This document shows positions 1 through 12,186 of a stretch of DNA of 64,000 bases, piece by piece. The position numbers and the translations under genes were made by a program. Source of the stretch: Chrysomallon squamiferum (lineage: Eukaryota; Animalia; Mollusca); assembly GCA_012295275.1 (NCBI GenBank), contig CM022679.1:1-64000 (forward strand), given 5' to 3'. Each line of letters begins with the position of its first letter. The stretch's first letter is position 1. The notes beneath the pieces were generated by a model. That model worked only from the letters and a program-made list of their open reading frames with translations. It was not told where the DNA came from and ran no database searches.

Positions 1-309
1 GTTTTCTAACAAAGAGATGACAATGAGGCTGTGTTACCGTAGAAACCAGTTTTCAGTTCTATGAGACAAACACACCAATACGTGATCTAATATACCCGCT
101 TGAAGAGAACTTTGACCATCTCGTGATGGAGATAAAACTCAGGTGAGGTACTTCAGTTACAATGCATGGCCTTATTTAGTAAACTGATAATCATTGACGT
201 CAAATAAGAAAGATAACTAATCAGCAATACACGTTTATCTTCTGTCTTTAACATGAAATACAACATCCAGGTCCGGGTTTGTTTAAATAAAGGGTGGGGT
301 GTGGTATTT

Positions 310-1086
310 GTATAGTTACTTATTACAACCACTGTTAGCCGTAATGTAACAGCTACTACATCATTTTTGTAACATGTTAACTTGTATTACATTTTACAAA
401 TATAACAAACAACAACAACTACTACTACAACTAGTATTACTACTGTTACTACAAATACTACTATTATTATACCTGCTGACAGTATTGTTGCTTCAAGAGC
501 TTTACAACCACTACTAACTATTGTTACTATATTTGATAATATACTTTTAATTCTACCACTGCTACCACACTATCAGTACTTCTGCTATTACCTACTACTG
601 CTGGAATTAGTACTGTTATCACTACTACTACCATTCTGGTACTAGTGCTGCAGTTGTTAATTCTACTCCTGCTGCTACAGTTTTACTACTACAACTATTA
701 CTACTACTACTGCTGCTGTTACTACTACTACTACTACAACTATTACTACTACTACTACTACTACAACTATTACTACAACTACTACTACTGCTATTACTAC
801 TACTACTACTACTCTACAACTATTACTACTACTACTACTACTGCTACTACTATAACTATCTCTATAACAACTGGTATTAGTGTTACTGTCTTTATTGTCT
901 TGTAAATTCAAATGTCTTGATGCTAATTTTTCTTTGTTTAATATTAAGAATAATATTAAATAATATAATTAATTGATTACTAAAACACGTGCTAGTGATA
1001 ACATGACCTACTCGTCTGATTGTCAAGAGCAAAGTTTATTTGGTTATCTTAATTTTATTATCTGGAGATACACTCAGTATAAGTCA

Positions 1087-1125
<39 letters not shown>

Positions 1126-1600
1126 AAGCATTTTTTCCTTTATGAATAATGATAATCTTATATCTTATTAATAAATATATCTCTCTCTCTCTCTCACACA
1201 CACACATACACACAAACACACACACTTAGAATAAATAAATAAATAAATAAAAAGAATGTATGATTTTATGAGAAATTGGTGGAATTTTTTTCTTAGCAGA
1301 TTTCTTTCTTTCTTTCTTTATTTATTATTATTATGATTCTTATTGTTATTATTTTTAATTTAATTTTTATTATTATTTTCTCTTTATTATTATTATTATT
1401 ATTTTTTTTTTAAATATGGCATATTTTTCTATGTCTGTTGTAATATTGGAAAGTTTTAATTTCAATCAAATAACTTTATTATTGTATTTAAGAAATTAGA
1501 AGTGTTTTATCTGTGTTGGTATTCAAGATAATACAGGGTACAGAGGAAAAACTTGGTTTAATCGCTGAATGCAATTTGAAATATTTAAAATAAAATTCAA

Positions 1601-1648
<48 letters not shown>

Positions 1649-2010
1649 CAAATATAAATATAAATACTACTACTGCTTCTACTACAACTACTATTCCGAG
1701 TGCTACTCTTACTACAGCTGTTAATAATACTTCTGCAGCTACATCTACCACTACCATTAAAACTATTGTTAATACTACAACTACTGCGATTATTACAACA
1801 GTTGAAAATATTACTCCTGCTACGACTACCACTACTGCTACTATTAGCATTATTACTACTACTAGTATTACTACTAGCTATATTACGACTACTATTATTA
1901 TTACTACTACTATAACTACTACTATTACAACTGCTGTTGGTTACTTCTTCCAGTGCTAATATTAATAATCCCAATTCATTGACTATGTTATTACAAATAC
2001 TATTGCTATG
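310..2010. repeat. Two decayed (ACT)n-rich low-complexity tracts (~310-900, ~1660-2010)
   Basis: Direct inspection; source of poly-Y/T/V/S ORFs. Confidence 0.9.
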
Positions 2011-2317
2011 GTTGCATGTAAAAACTAGATTGTTCTAGATTTTTCATCGATTGAAATTGCCAGAGTCATTTCTTTTGAGCTAATAAAATTTAGTTGCATT
2101 GAATTAATTTTAATATATATTGTAAATTCAAACGACCACAGTTTGAAATATTTGTTATCTGGGTTGAGTTTATGTAACGAACTTGTTATCAAAACACGAG
2201 TGAGCGAAACAAGACCTACTAATCTGTTTTGTCAAGTCTAAAATTCACTGCGTTGTATCAGCTTTATACCCAGGAGATAAAAATGTTTTACTTCACATAC
2301 ACAGAGAGAGAGAGAGA

Positions 2318-2381
<64 letters not shown>

Positions 2382-2437
2382 GATATATATATAGTATTTG
2401 GTATATCCGTTGTGTCGCATTCGTTATAGCTGAGATA

Positions 2438-2499
<62 letters not shown>

Positions 2500-4299
2500 G
2501 AATGAATAAATAAATAAATATATAGTTGTATTAACAGTGACAAATCATGATGTGACATCCCTACTTTAAAGACAGACATGTAGATCATACAGGTTGTTTC
2601 AGGAACAGACCGTCATTTAGCTATTTTATCGTAAAACAATGTCGCTATTTATAGCGATGTTTATAACAAAGAAATTTAACCTCAGAAAATCTGAAGTAAA
2701 TGATTTAATAAACTTTTCAAAACGAATAAAATCACCTTCTGGTTTGATTTGAATCATTAAAAGATGATTACTTTGGTTTCACTATCATCAGTTTAGGTAG
2801 AACTTTTCTAAATCAGAGACAGAAACACTAAAAATTTGCGATTATCTCCCCTCCTCTGAAGTTTGATATATGCACATGCACTTGTTCCAGCTGTTTCAGA
2901 CGTTTTTGTTTTTTTATTAGGTTTTGTTTAACTTCCTTTTTGAACGACTGAGAAAATGTGATTTGTTTTCAATTCTAGATTTTATATAATAGTCTAAAAA
3001 AAGAATTGTTTATAAATCTTAATACGTCTTAAATCAAACCGTAAACCTACCATTAGACTTTTTGTTGTTGTTGAATTCAACTGAGAAATAGTAATTTTGA
3101 AAGGAGATAATGTCTTAGATCTTAACGATTTCTCTGTCCCTTTGTGCCTCTCTCCCACATCAATGCTTTTCAGTGTGTATATAAATATATTATCATTCAA
3201 TCTCGTTTTCTAAAAATAAATATGATTTTTTACCCTGATTTGATCCTCAGATAAGCCTGACATCTAGTGGAATGTCTGACACCATTATAATGTTAAGACA
3301 TCTATCTGTTTATTACACACATAGAAACGATATAAATATGAAATGTACTGATCAATATATTCTGCAACAGGAAACATCCTTATTATATATATCTATGCAG
3401 TGTTTATAGTGTTCACTGAATATGTACACACCAAAAAAATGAATAAAGAACCAATATTACAGTACTCCCTCAATTACGTATGATATTGTTACTTGTATTA
3501 CCTCCTACTATTACTACTATTAATAATGTTACTAAGTGCTACTATTCATCTATTACTTTGCTTCTGTTATTTCAGCTATGACTAGTGTAACATTATCTGT
3601 ATCACTACTTCCACAATCACATCTATTACTTCTACTATTATTTCAAAACAATATAAATAAAAATATTCCTCACTCTTAGGAAACTGTTTCTCAAGTCTGA
3701 TGAAAATGCTAGCTACAAATATGTAATGAAAAACAGAAAATAAAATAATTTGAAATATTTACTTCAACAAGAAAAAGAAAAGATCAACATCAAAACTACT
3801 TTTTCATATGAAAAAGATAATTTTAGAATTGTTTCAACAAAATCCATACAAAATCATGGTCTAATATGTATCTGAAGTTTCAATTTAAAAACTATTTTAA
3901 ATGTTTAAAAAGGTTTTAAAGTGCTGAGAATGCTATAAAACATAATCATACGAAGATTTCTGAATTATCCAATAAAAGTATATTAATAAAATAAAATAAA
4001 AGAATACCAAGACATTTGGACAGAAAAAAAATTAAAAATTACTAAACAACTTAACATACAATGTAATCTGCAAATTAATCATTAAAAAAATATCTTCCAA
4101 ACAACAGATCTTCTTCCATTTTATGTTTTATTAACAAACATTTTCATAAATCTTTACCACTTCTTTAATAAAAAAAATTAATAATAATAAAGTTATCTCC
4201 CTTGAGCTATACAATTTGTAGTTTTTTTTAAAGCAGTAAATCAAGGATTTCTATATAAGTCATTTTTTAAATAATTTCTTTTTCACACACTTGACTGTC

Positions 4300-4659
4300 T
4301 GGTCCAAACATTCTGTCTACTGGTCTATGTCTGACTGTATCTTGCATGAATGACACTTTGAATCTGAAATCACAGTTTCACAGATTTATAAATTCTTCAG
4401 TAAGTGCAGTCCACATAACAAGTAACTGTTTTTAAAATATTACTTTTGGTGTGGAACTTTCTAATAGCTCTCAATATTCTTCAAGAATCCAGTTCTTCAT
4501 ATTTGTTGTGGTTTTATCTTCTGCTGTTTCTTCTGTTTAGTTTGTTCATTAAAGTGAGAAAACTTGAATAACTTGGAGATAAACACAGCAAGTCACTTAG
4601 AATCAATGTCACTTCTCACATTTTCTTTCATTATCAAAACAAGCTTATGATAAAGGACC
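4300..4659 (-). pseudogene. Possible decayed exon of a death-fold (CARD-like) domain
   Basis: Strong acceptor ttttttcttcag| followed by helical-looking fragments (VLYHKLVLIMKENVRSDIDSK..YLQVIQVFS..ETAEDKT..YEELDS..AIRKF) across frames; motif impression only. Confidence 0.25.
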
Positions 4660-5215
4660 CTGAAGAAAAAATAAAATAAATATTATTAATTAAAATAATA
4701 GTCAGAGTTGTATAAACAATATTAAACAATTTACCATGAAAGTAGATATGAGTCAAATGGGATGGGTTCTGACTTTTTTATTTTCATGACTTTTTACTTA
4801 CTGTTAAAAAGCCATTTATTCCATGGACAAAATCAATTTACTTTAGCATTTGTATTTATTTCATTTCACTTTATTTCATTGTGAATCATTTAATTTATTT
4901 CAGTTCAGTTCAGTTCAGTTCAGTTCATGTATTGTATTGTATTGTATTGTATTGTATTGTATTGCATAGTATTTGATTTATTTGATTTTATTGTATTATT
5001 ATTTCATTTCATTTATTGTATTTCACAGCACCCCACAACACTTCATTTAATTTCATTTCATTGTATTTCATTTTAGTGTATAATCATATATCATTTCATT
5101 TCATTGATTTCACTGTATTTGCTTTGATTTCCTTCAATTCACTGTTTATGTATGTATATGGAGGTTTGTGTGTGCATGTTTTAATGTGTGTGAATATTTG
5201 GAGGTGCATGTGTTG

Positions 5216-5255
<40 letters not shown>

Positions 5256-5274
5256 TATATTAATATATATCTAC

Positions 5275-7723
5275 CTGTACAAGTAATTTTCTCAGTTTCC
5301 CACTTATAAACATCCATACAGGAACATGTATAGCCTCCATGTAGTTTTAATTCTGAGTATAAATATTGTTGAATTACATTCATCTATATCTGAAAAAATA
5401 AATCATATCTCAATCATTAACAACTAAACATACTCCTACATTTTGACAAGTTTCTGAAATTACTCAAATAATTTATAAGACATTATTTATAAGAAATATA
5501 TGGATTAACCAAAACTTAAGATTCATAGATTCTGAGATGTTTTGAGCAGTTTATAAAATTAGTCAGGTTTGATATAACTATTATTAATAAAAATAAAAAT
5601 TATTCATAGACCTTGACAAGTTTCTGAAATAGTATTAACTGCTTTGAAATTGTTCTTAATTCCAGAAAAGAGAACTTTAACTTAACTATTTGAATAGCAC
5701 AAAAGCTACTAATGCATACTCAAGCTACAAACTGATTGTTGAATATATAATGAACATGACATTAATAATAAAAAAAAAAAAAAAAAAATAAAAAAAATAA
5801 AAAATACACATAATGGTAGAAATGCTGGCCATTCCAATTCAAAGAGATAACACTTAAACTCGAAATATGAATAAACTAAGAATGCTTGAAGTGAACAAGT
5901 TAACCTGAGAACCAGATAGAACTGACTCACCTGAGCATGTTTTGTTGTCTGAATTAAAGGTAAACATTTCTACACAAACACTGCTCCACTGTGTCATGCA
6001 CCCTGCAGCCCTGTTCACACATGAACTGTTCACTGCAGCACTGTCACAACTGAACATAAAATAGTTTTATAACTTTATTATATTTTGTCACAACAGGGTT
6101 TGTTTTTGTTTCTTTTTTGTTGTTAACAATGTTAATTTCTTAGTCACTGAAATCTGATTTTCTGTGTTAAATAAACATTCTCTTAATTTTGAATAAAAAA
6201 TTATTGACAAGAAAAAAATTATATTTTTATTATTATATTTATTTATTTATTATATTTTAATGCAGAAAAAGTAAATTTTGTAAATGAGATATTAATTAAC
6301 TCATTTCTATGTAATTTTTCAGTTTAAAACTCCCATTCTGTTTTCTTTGATAATTAAAATCACAAAAATATGTAAAAAATGCATCAATCATTTGTATCAT
6401 TTAACTATTTCATAAATAATAAAAAATCATTTGAAACATATAACTGTTTATTAATAATAAGAAATCATTTGTAACATAACTATTTCATAAATAATAAGAA
6501 ATCATTTGCAACATGTAACTGTTTATTAAATAATAAGAAATCATTTGTAACATATAACTATTTATTAAATAATAAAAAATCATTTGTAACATGTAACTGT
6601 TTATTAAATAATAAGAAATCATTTGTATCATTTAACTATTTCATAAATAATAAGGAATTATTTGTAACATATAACTCTTTATTAAATAAAACATTATAAT
6701 TTCAACTTGTTACGAGATTTTTAATACTGCGTAATTAACTATTTATTAAGTATACCTTACTCACCTGTACATTCATCTGACAAGTTGTGATATCCTGTCT
6801 TACACTCAAATGATAGGAGAGTGGCAGGTTTTTGCAATTGCTGTTTGCTTGACATGAAACTGTTGAAACACTACATTCATCTCTGTTGTTTTCACATCAC
6901 ACACCACCCAGCCAGCTTTACACTGACAATGGTCTGAGGGAAAAATAAAATTTAATTTGAAAATAAATCAATTTTTTTTGCAAGTATTTATTATAAAACT
7001 AAATTTATAAAATTATATTAAAAGTATAATCTAAATATCATGAAAATTGCTAATTTTACACATTAAGTTGCTTCAGATTTCAAAATATAATTATGTTTTT
7101 AAAATATTTAAAAATTTATTTTTACATTATTGTATTTTGTAATGAGAAATTCTGCTTACTAACACATGTTGTCTGGTCATTTTCAAGTTTCTTCCCAGCC
7201 AGACAGGAACAAGTGAATCCACTGATTTTGTTAGTACAAGTATCAGTATACTTAGTAAAATGGCATCAGTTGATGTATACTCATTTATATCTAAATAATA
7301 ATAATAATAATAATAATAAAATAATACTAATAATAAAGTAATAAGCTTATTTCAAATGGCTTAGTATAATATTGTTCAAACTTTTATTTTTTTTCTGCAT
7401 TTATACTGAATACAATTACAGCCTCATGTTTTAATACATAAATGTACATGTGCATATGTATATAAAAGATAAAAAGAAATAAAACTTTAAAAAATGAAAT
7501 AAACAAAAAAGACTGAAAGTATAGGTACAACAGAAAAGATTAGTAAATGTTAATAAACCAAGGACTTTTTTCTAGTTAAATGTATAAAGCAATATTCAGT
7601 ACTGACAACACATGAGTTGTACCTGTTGCTAGTTTGTATCCAAAGTTACAACTGTAGAGTCCTGTTTGTCCACACTGGTGCAATAATGGCTGCAGCTGAG
7701 ATGAGAGTAAAACTGACATGGAT
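5275..7723 (-). pseudogene. Decayed tandem EGF/calcium-binding-EGF gene fragment (fibrillin-like or mucin-like EGF-repeat protein); exons 7607-7723, 7160-7290, 6765-6933, 5931-6049, 5275-5389
   Basis: Minus-strand AG/GT-bounded, mostly phase-1 exons translating to DPCQFYSHLSCSHYC...SCNFGYKL; DINEY..TCTNKISGFTCSCLAGKKLENDQTTCV; HCQCKAGW..CENNRDECSVSTVSCQANSNCKNLP..ECKTGY; SCVNRAAGC...FNSDNKTCS; DIDECNST..LHGGYTCSCMDVY..ITCT; each has frameshifts, C-to-Y changes or a stop. Confidence 0.85.
6386..6690. repeat. ~39-bp minisatellite in EGF pseudogene intron
   Basis: aatcatttgtaacatataactatttattaaataataaga, about 8 copies. Confidence 0.9.
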
Positions 7724-8069
7724 CTGAAACTGTATTGAGAAAACTGATATTAGCTTTACTTAATTAATATAATAATACTTTTGTAAATGTTACTACTGTG
7801 TCAAACTCAGCTATTTGTGAAATTATCATCTGAGACAAGACAGTCACTCCTTTCAGTTTTTGCTTTGATAGATACAGTTTAGAGAAAAAAAGCTAAGATG
7901 ACAGTTTCAAACACAACACAGATGAAATGTGTCTGTAGTTTAATATGAAGTGATCAAGCAGACACAATAGAGAAGAATAATCTTACAATATTTATTTAAC
8001 AGCTATAACAATATTGTCACTCTGGTGTAAAGTATTACACATGTTTATATATATTTATTTCTTCTGCAG

Positions 8070-9420
8070 AGACTGTTACAGCTGTTTCTCTCTCTAGAAA
8101 TAAGAAATGTATTGTTCTCATTGATGATATATTTGGTAAGACTAATCTTGTTTCAGATTTCATAGACTCATGGAAACTGAAATTTCCAAAGATATCGAAT
8201 CTTGATCAGGATGGTTCTTTGAAATGTATTATTTCTTTAAGAAAACAAATATTTTCAGAAAGTGAAATTAGTTTGAAGGAATTTGGTCTGTTTAATGAAA
8301 ATCATGTTCTTGATCTGCAGAGTAATGACAGTTGTCTGGATTTTGATGAAAAGAAAGAAATTATAAACAAATATCTGCAACAAAAAGATGTTACAATGAA
8401 TACAAATTATAAATAGGCTGTCACTGACAGTTCATCTACAGTTTGGATTTCCTCAGGTGTGTGTGTATTATGTTAACTGTAGAATATGTCACATATCAGC
8501 TGGAAAACTGGAAAAATTCTAAATCTTCAGAGATCAATTACCTAGTTCTACTGCTGATCTTGTTCCAACAAGGCAGTTTCAACATTGATTTACTGGACCC
8601 TTTTGAAGATGACACTGACAGTGACATAATGAAATTAGTAAGACTGCTAGAGCAGTAAAAAAACTTCTCTCAAACAAACAAACAAAACAGATGATGTAAT
8701 GCGTGGCAGCTATTTGAAATACCGTGACAATAAATTCACATTTATTCATCAGTCAGTGTTTGTTTGTTTCCAAAGAAAACAGCAGAGTTGCTAGAAGTGT
8801 GTCCTGTTTCCATGTTGTTAGAACATGATGTAATGCCTGGAGTGTCTAACAAAAGTCACAATGTTCTTGCTCGCAAATTTACAGACTTACCTGCATCAAG
8901 CAGTTTCAGAAATATAATTTCAAATCCATCACTGAAAGATTAAGAGTTTCTAAAATATTGCATGTAGAAAAAAAAGACTTTTATTGAAAGTTTCTATAAA
9001 TCATTTGTACATGTATACACTGCTAATGAAATATTCAGTAATGTTTCATGTCTTCTTGACAATGATTCAAAATTTCACTCTAGTTACACATTGTATTTGA
9101 AAGTTATCGAAATGTTATAAATTCATCATCTGTTACAAGTGAGTGTACTGTGAATGGACAAAAAACATTGTCAAGATCTTTGGAAAATGAATTTAACATA
9201 TATGAAAAAGAACTTTTGGATATTTCTTGTTTGTTTAGTGATGAAGATGTTATGAGAATGTTTGCTAAAATTAGGTGTTATTCCAACATTTGATACATTC
9301 TGTGAGGCTGCATGTTAAAAAACAGACAGTGCTGCAATATACAAAGAAGTGTTAGATTGTGCTCACATATGGATTGTGCTTGCTGAGTGGAATTCAGAAA
9401 TAAAAGATAGTTTCATTTAC
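8070..9420 (+). pseudogene. Decayed nSTAND3-type (novel STAND NTPase 3) gene fragment with winged-helix and degenerate ankyrin-like tail
   Basis: CIVLIDDIFG (Walker B), KCIISLRKQIF, VLDL...LDFDEKKEIINKY, GFPQVC, YLVLLLILF, GSYLKYRDNKFTFIHQSV, then LLDISCLF...GVIPTFDTFCEAA; multiple stops/frameshifts; no Walker A seen. Confidence 0.75.
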
Positions 9421-9659
9421 TTTATTTATTTAGTTTCAGATTCTTATTTATATTATTTGTAGCTATTTGTATTACTGATACCCTTATTACTTTTCTTTTT
9501 TCTTTTTTACTGTTCTTCATTTGTCTTTTACTTTCTATAACAAATATACCTTTCATCTTTATCTCGGTCTCAAAGTAAGTTACAATAGCTTTAGACTTTT
9601 TAAAATTAATATAGACTTGTCTAAATATTTAAAATAGAACTATTTTTTTCTTTTAAAAG

Positions 9660-11090
9660 GGGAAAATAACAATTACACTACAAACAACACACAATGGCAA
9701 CCAAACACATGAAAACATACAGCACTGTGACTGGTGACTCAGATAAGGAAACCAGATTCCAAAACAACCGAGGGACAGGAGCCCTAACTCAGAAGAAAAA
9801 AACAAATGTAACAGCAGACAAAAAACAAAAGAAATGACAACACATCCACACACACACACACATTCTGACTGAGAGGAAACAGCGGAACAAAAACTCATTA
9901 ACAGAAATCTACACATTTAGCGACACCGACACTGAAAATGAAAGTGACCAAAACATTTGGGAAACAATAAAAACGAAAAAAAAAACACATATTCAACACT
10001 GGGCTACATCGCGATCCACAAAAAAACCCCACACAGACATCAAAAAAAAGTGGCGATATTTGTTGGAAGCACAAATACATATCATCAACAAAACAACTAA
10101 AGTAAACAAAAATCAAAATGCACAAGAAATATATTTTGAAATAGATTCAAAATAATTGAAAGCTATAGGTTCCAGCATAACTATCTGGGATGAAGTATTT
10201 ATTACCAAAAAATAATCCCTTACACCCAACAAACAAAGAAAATACCACAACCCAGAAAAACACAGCTCAAGCAACAGGAGCCAAAACAAACATTAATTAC
10301 ACAGCAACAACCCAAACAAACAACAAAAAACAAAGAAAAAACAATTCACAAACACATCTCCAAAGATTTGGGTTTTTACTACACTTATGCAGACAAGCAT
10401 GATTTCTTTGAGATGTTTAACAAAGAAATAATACAACCAACAAAAGCTAAATTAGTTAGTGTGGAAATGTGGAAAAATCCAAGCTATGGACCACACTATT
10501 GCCCAAGTAAGGACATTGCAACATTATGCAAATGGCAAGTGCTCAATCAACTAAAAAGTGACCATCACCCAAAACTCACCAACTACAACAGCTAGAATAC
10601 CTTCTCGGATAGATCCATTTTCACACCCAAATGGAACTTCAACAAAGAGGACTGGGAAGGCTTCTACAAAGCATGCAGGAACATCACAAAGAACCACAAT
10701 GACATCAACACCTACTGCACATCACTCACCAACACGATACACTCCACTGCCAACAAAACACTGGGAACTTTTTTGAAACAACATCGACCACAAAACATCA
10801 GTCAAAGACATGTGGGCCAAAGTGAAAAACATCCAAGGCAAAAAACCCACAGAATCAACACTCTCAGCAAAAACAACATTGCATTCACCTGAGCCAGCAT
10901 CTAAACAACAACAATTTAATCAGAAAACATCAAAGCGGCTTCAGGAAGAAACACAGCACAAACAACCAGATTGCACGCCTGCAAACATCAATCAACCAAT
11001 CTTTTAGGAAATCAAAAAAAGTCATTGCAGTATTCCTAGACATTGAAAAAGCATTCGACATGGTGTGGAGGGAAGGACTGCTCGTCAAAT
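9660..11090 (+). mobile_element. Degenerate non-LTR retrotransposon (I/Nimb/Jockey-group LINE) relic
   Basis: A/C-rich sense strand; endonuclease-like DHHPKLTNYNS, post-EN HPKWNFNKEDWEGFYKAC, TSVKDMWAKVKNIQG, RT motif KKVIAVFLDIEKAFDMVWREGLLVK at ~11015-11090. Confidence 0.85.
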
Positions 11091-12186
11091 AAATTGTATT
11101 AATATAAACATTTTGTACCTGTATTTTTGATTACCTGGGTCAGTGGGTGATACGAGTCTTTGGGACATGTTTGAATCAATTAAGCCAGAACCTTTTCTTT
11201 TCTTTTTTTGAAAAAAGCGGTAACATATTCCAGTGGAAGTTCAGCCATCTGTAAATACAAAATAAATATATAACATGAATATACATGATTAACAGTTTTA
11301 AAAGATTTTATTATTATATATACAGGGCTCGAAATGGCCAGTCACCAGTCGCCAATTGACACCGAAGTTCTGTTTCGGCGACTGGAAAGTGGGATGATAA
11401 CAAAATTCTCGATTAGTCGCCCAAAATATATTATTTGAATTTTGTTTCTGTAAGTTATAACATAATAGCCTCTATTTCACATAAAAGGTTTGCTCATAGT
11501 TCGATAAACTGGACGTATCGCCTTACCTTAGTTTTCGAACATCTCTGTGTTTATAAACACTCATTTTGTAGACCGGATATGCATATAGTAACTGTGGTCT
11601 TGATAAACAAAACCGCAAGTCTCGCTGACCTAGTATCGTAAAACTGATCATGACCATTCGGATCATCTCGGCCTAATACACAATCCGTTCCCCTTGAATA
11701 AACAGGAAAGGTTGCAAAAACTAATAAATAAATAAATTAAATTAAATTAAATACAGTTAGATATCTGCTTCATTTCAGCTTTAATTATCAAATAATCTCT
11801 GATATAATGCCAAATTTAAATTACGCTATAATTGTTATTTATGTAAGAACTGAAAAAGCATGTTCCTTCCGGTTCTTTTTCTTGGCAAATTGATTTATAG
11901 GAATGGGCCAATCACCGGTTGGATTTCAGGCCAGACCAGTCTCGATAAACCACGATATTTCGAACATAAACGGATTCGACTGTATGCATCGGTTTTCAAA
12001 TCAGTTTAAACTGATGCTCGTCAGCCAGATTATTTTTATTTTTAATTCGCTAACGTTTTACTTGTTGATTATTCATTTTAATAGAATTTTAGAAATATTT
12101 CACGAAAATCCAAACGGATTCGGATGTTTTATGTTTGTGCGAACCAAGCGTGAATCGGATTCGGAGATGTGCGCACATTTGCAGCC

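Noticed and set aside
57-142. Possible exon FYETNTPIRDLIYPLEENFDHLVMEIKL at window start
   Set aside because: AG/GT bounded and open, but no partner exons or recognisable domain; insufficient support.
645-1974. Mucin-like Thr-rich or poly-Tyr ORFs
   Set aside because: Decayed (ACT)n tracts with frequent frame breaks and no convincing splice sites.
11315-11322. 8-bp target-site duplication for the TIR element
   Set aside because: Flanks tatatata and cataatta match at only 5 of 8 positions; cannot be claimed.
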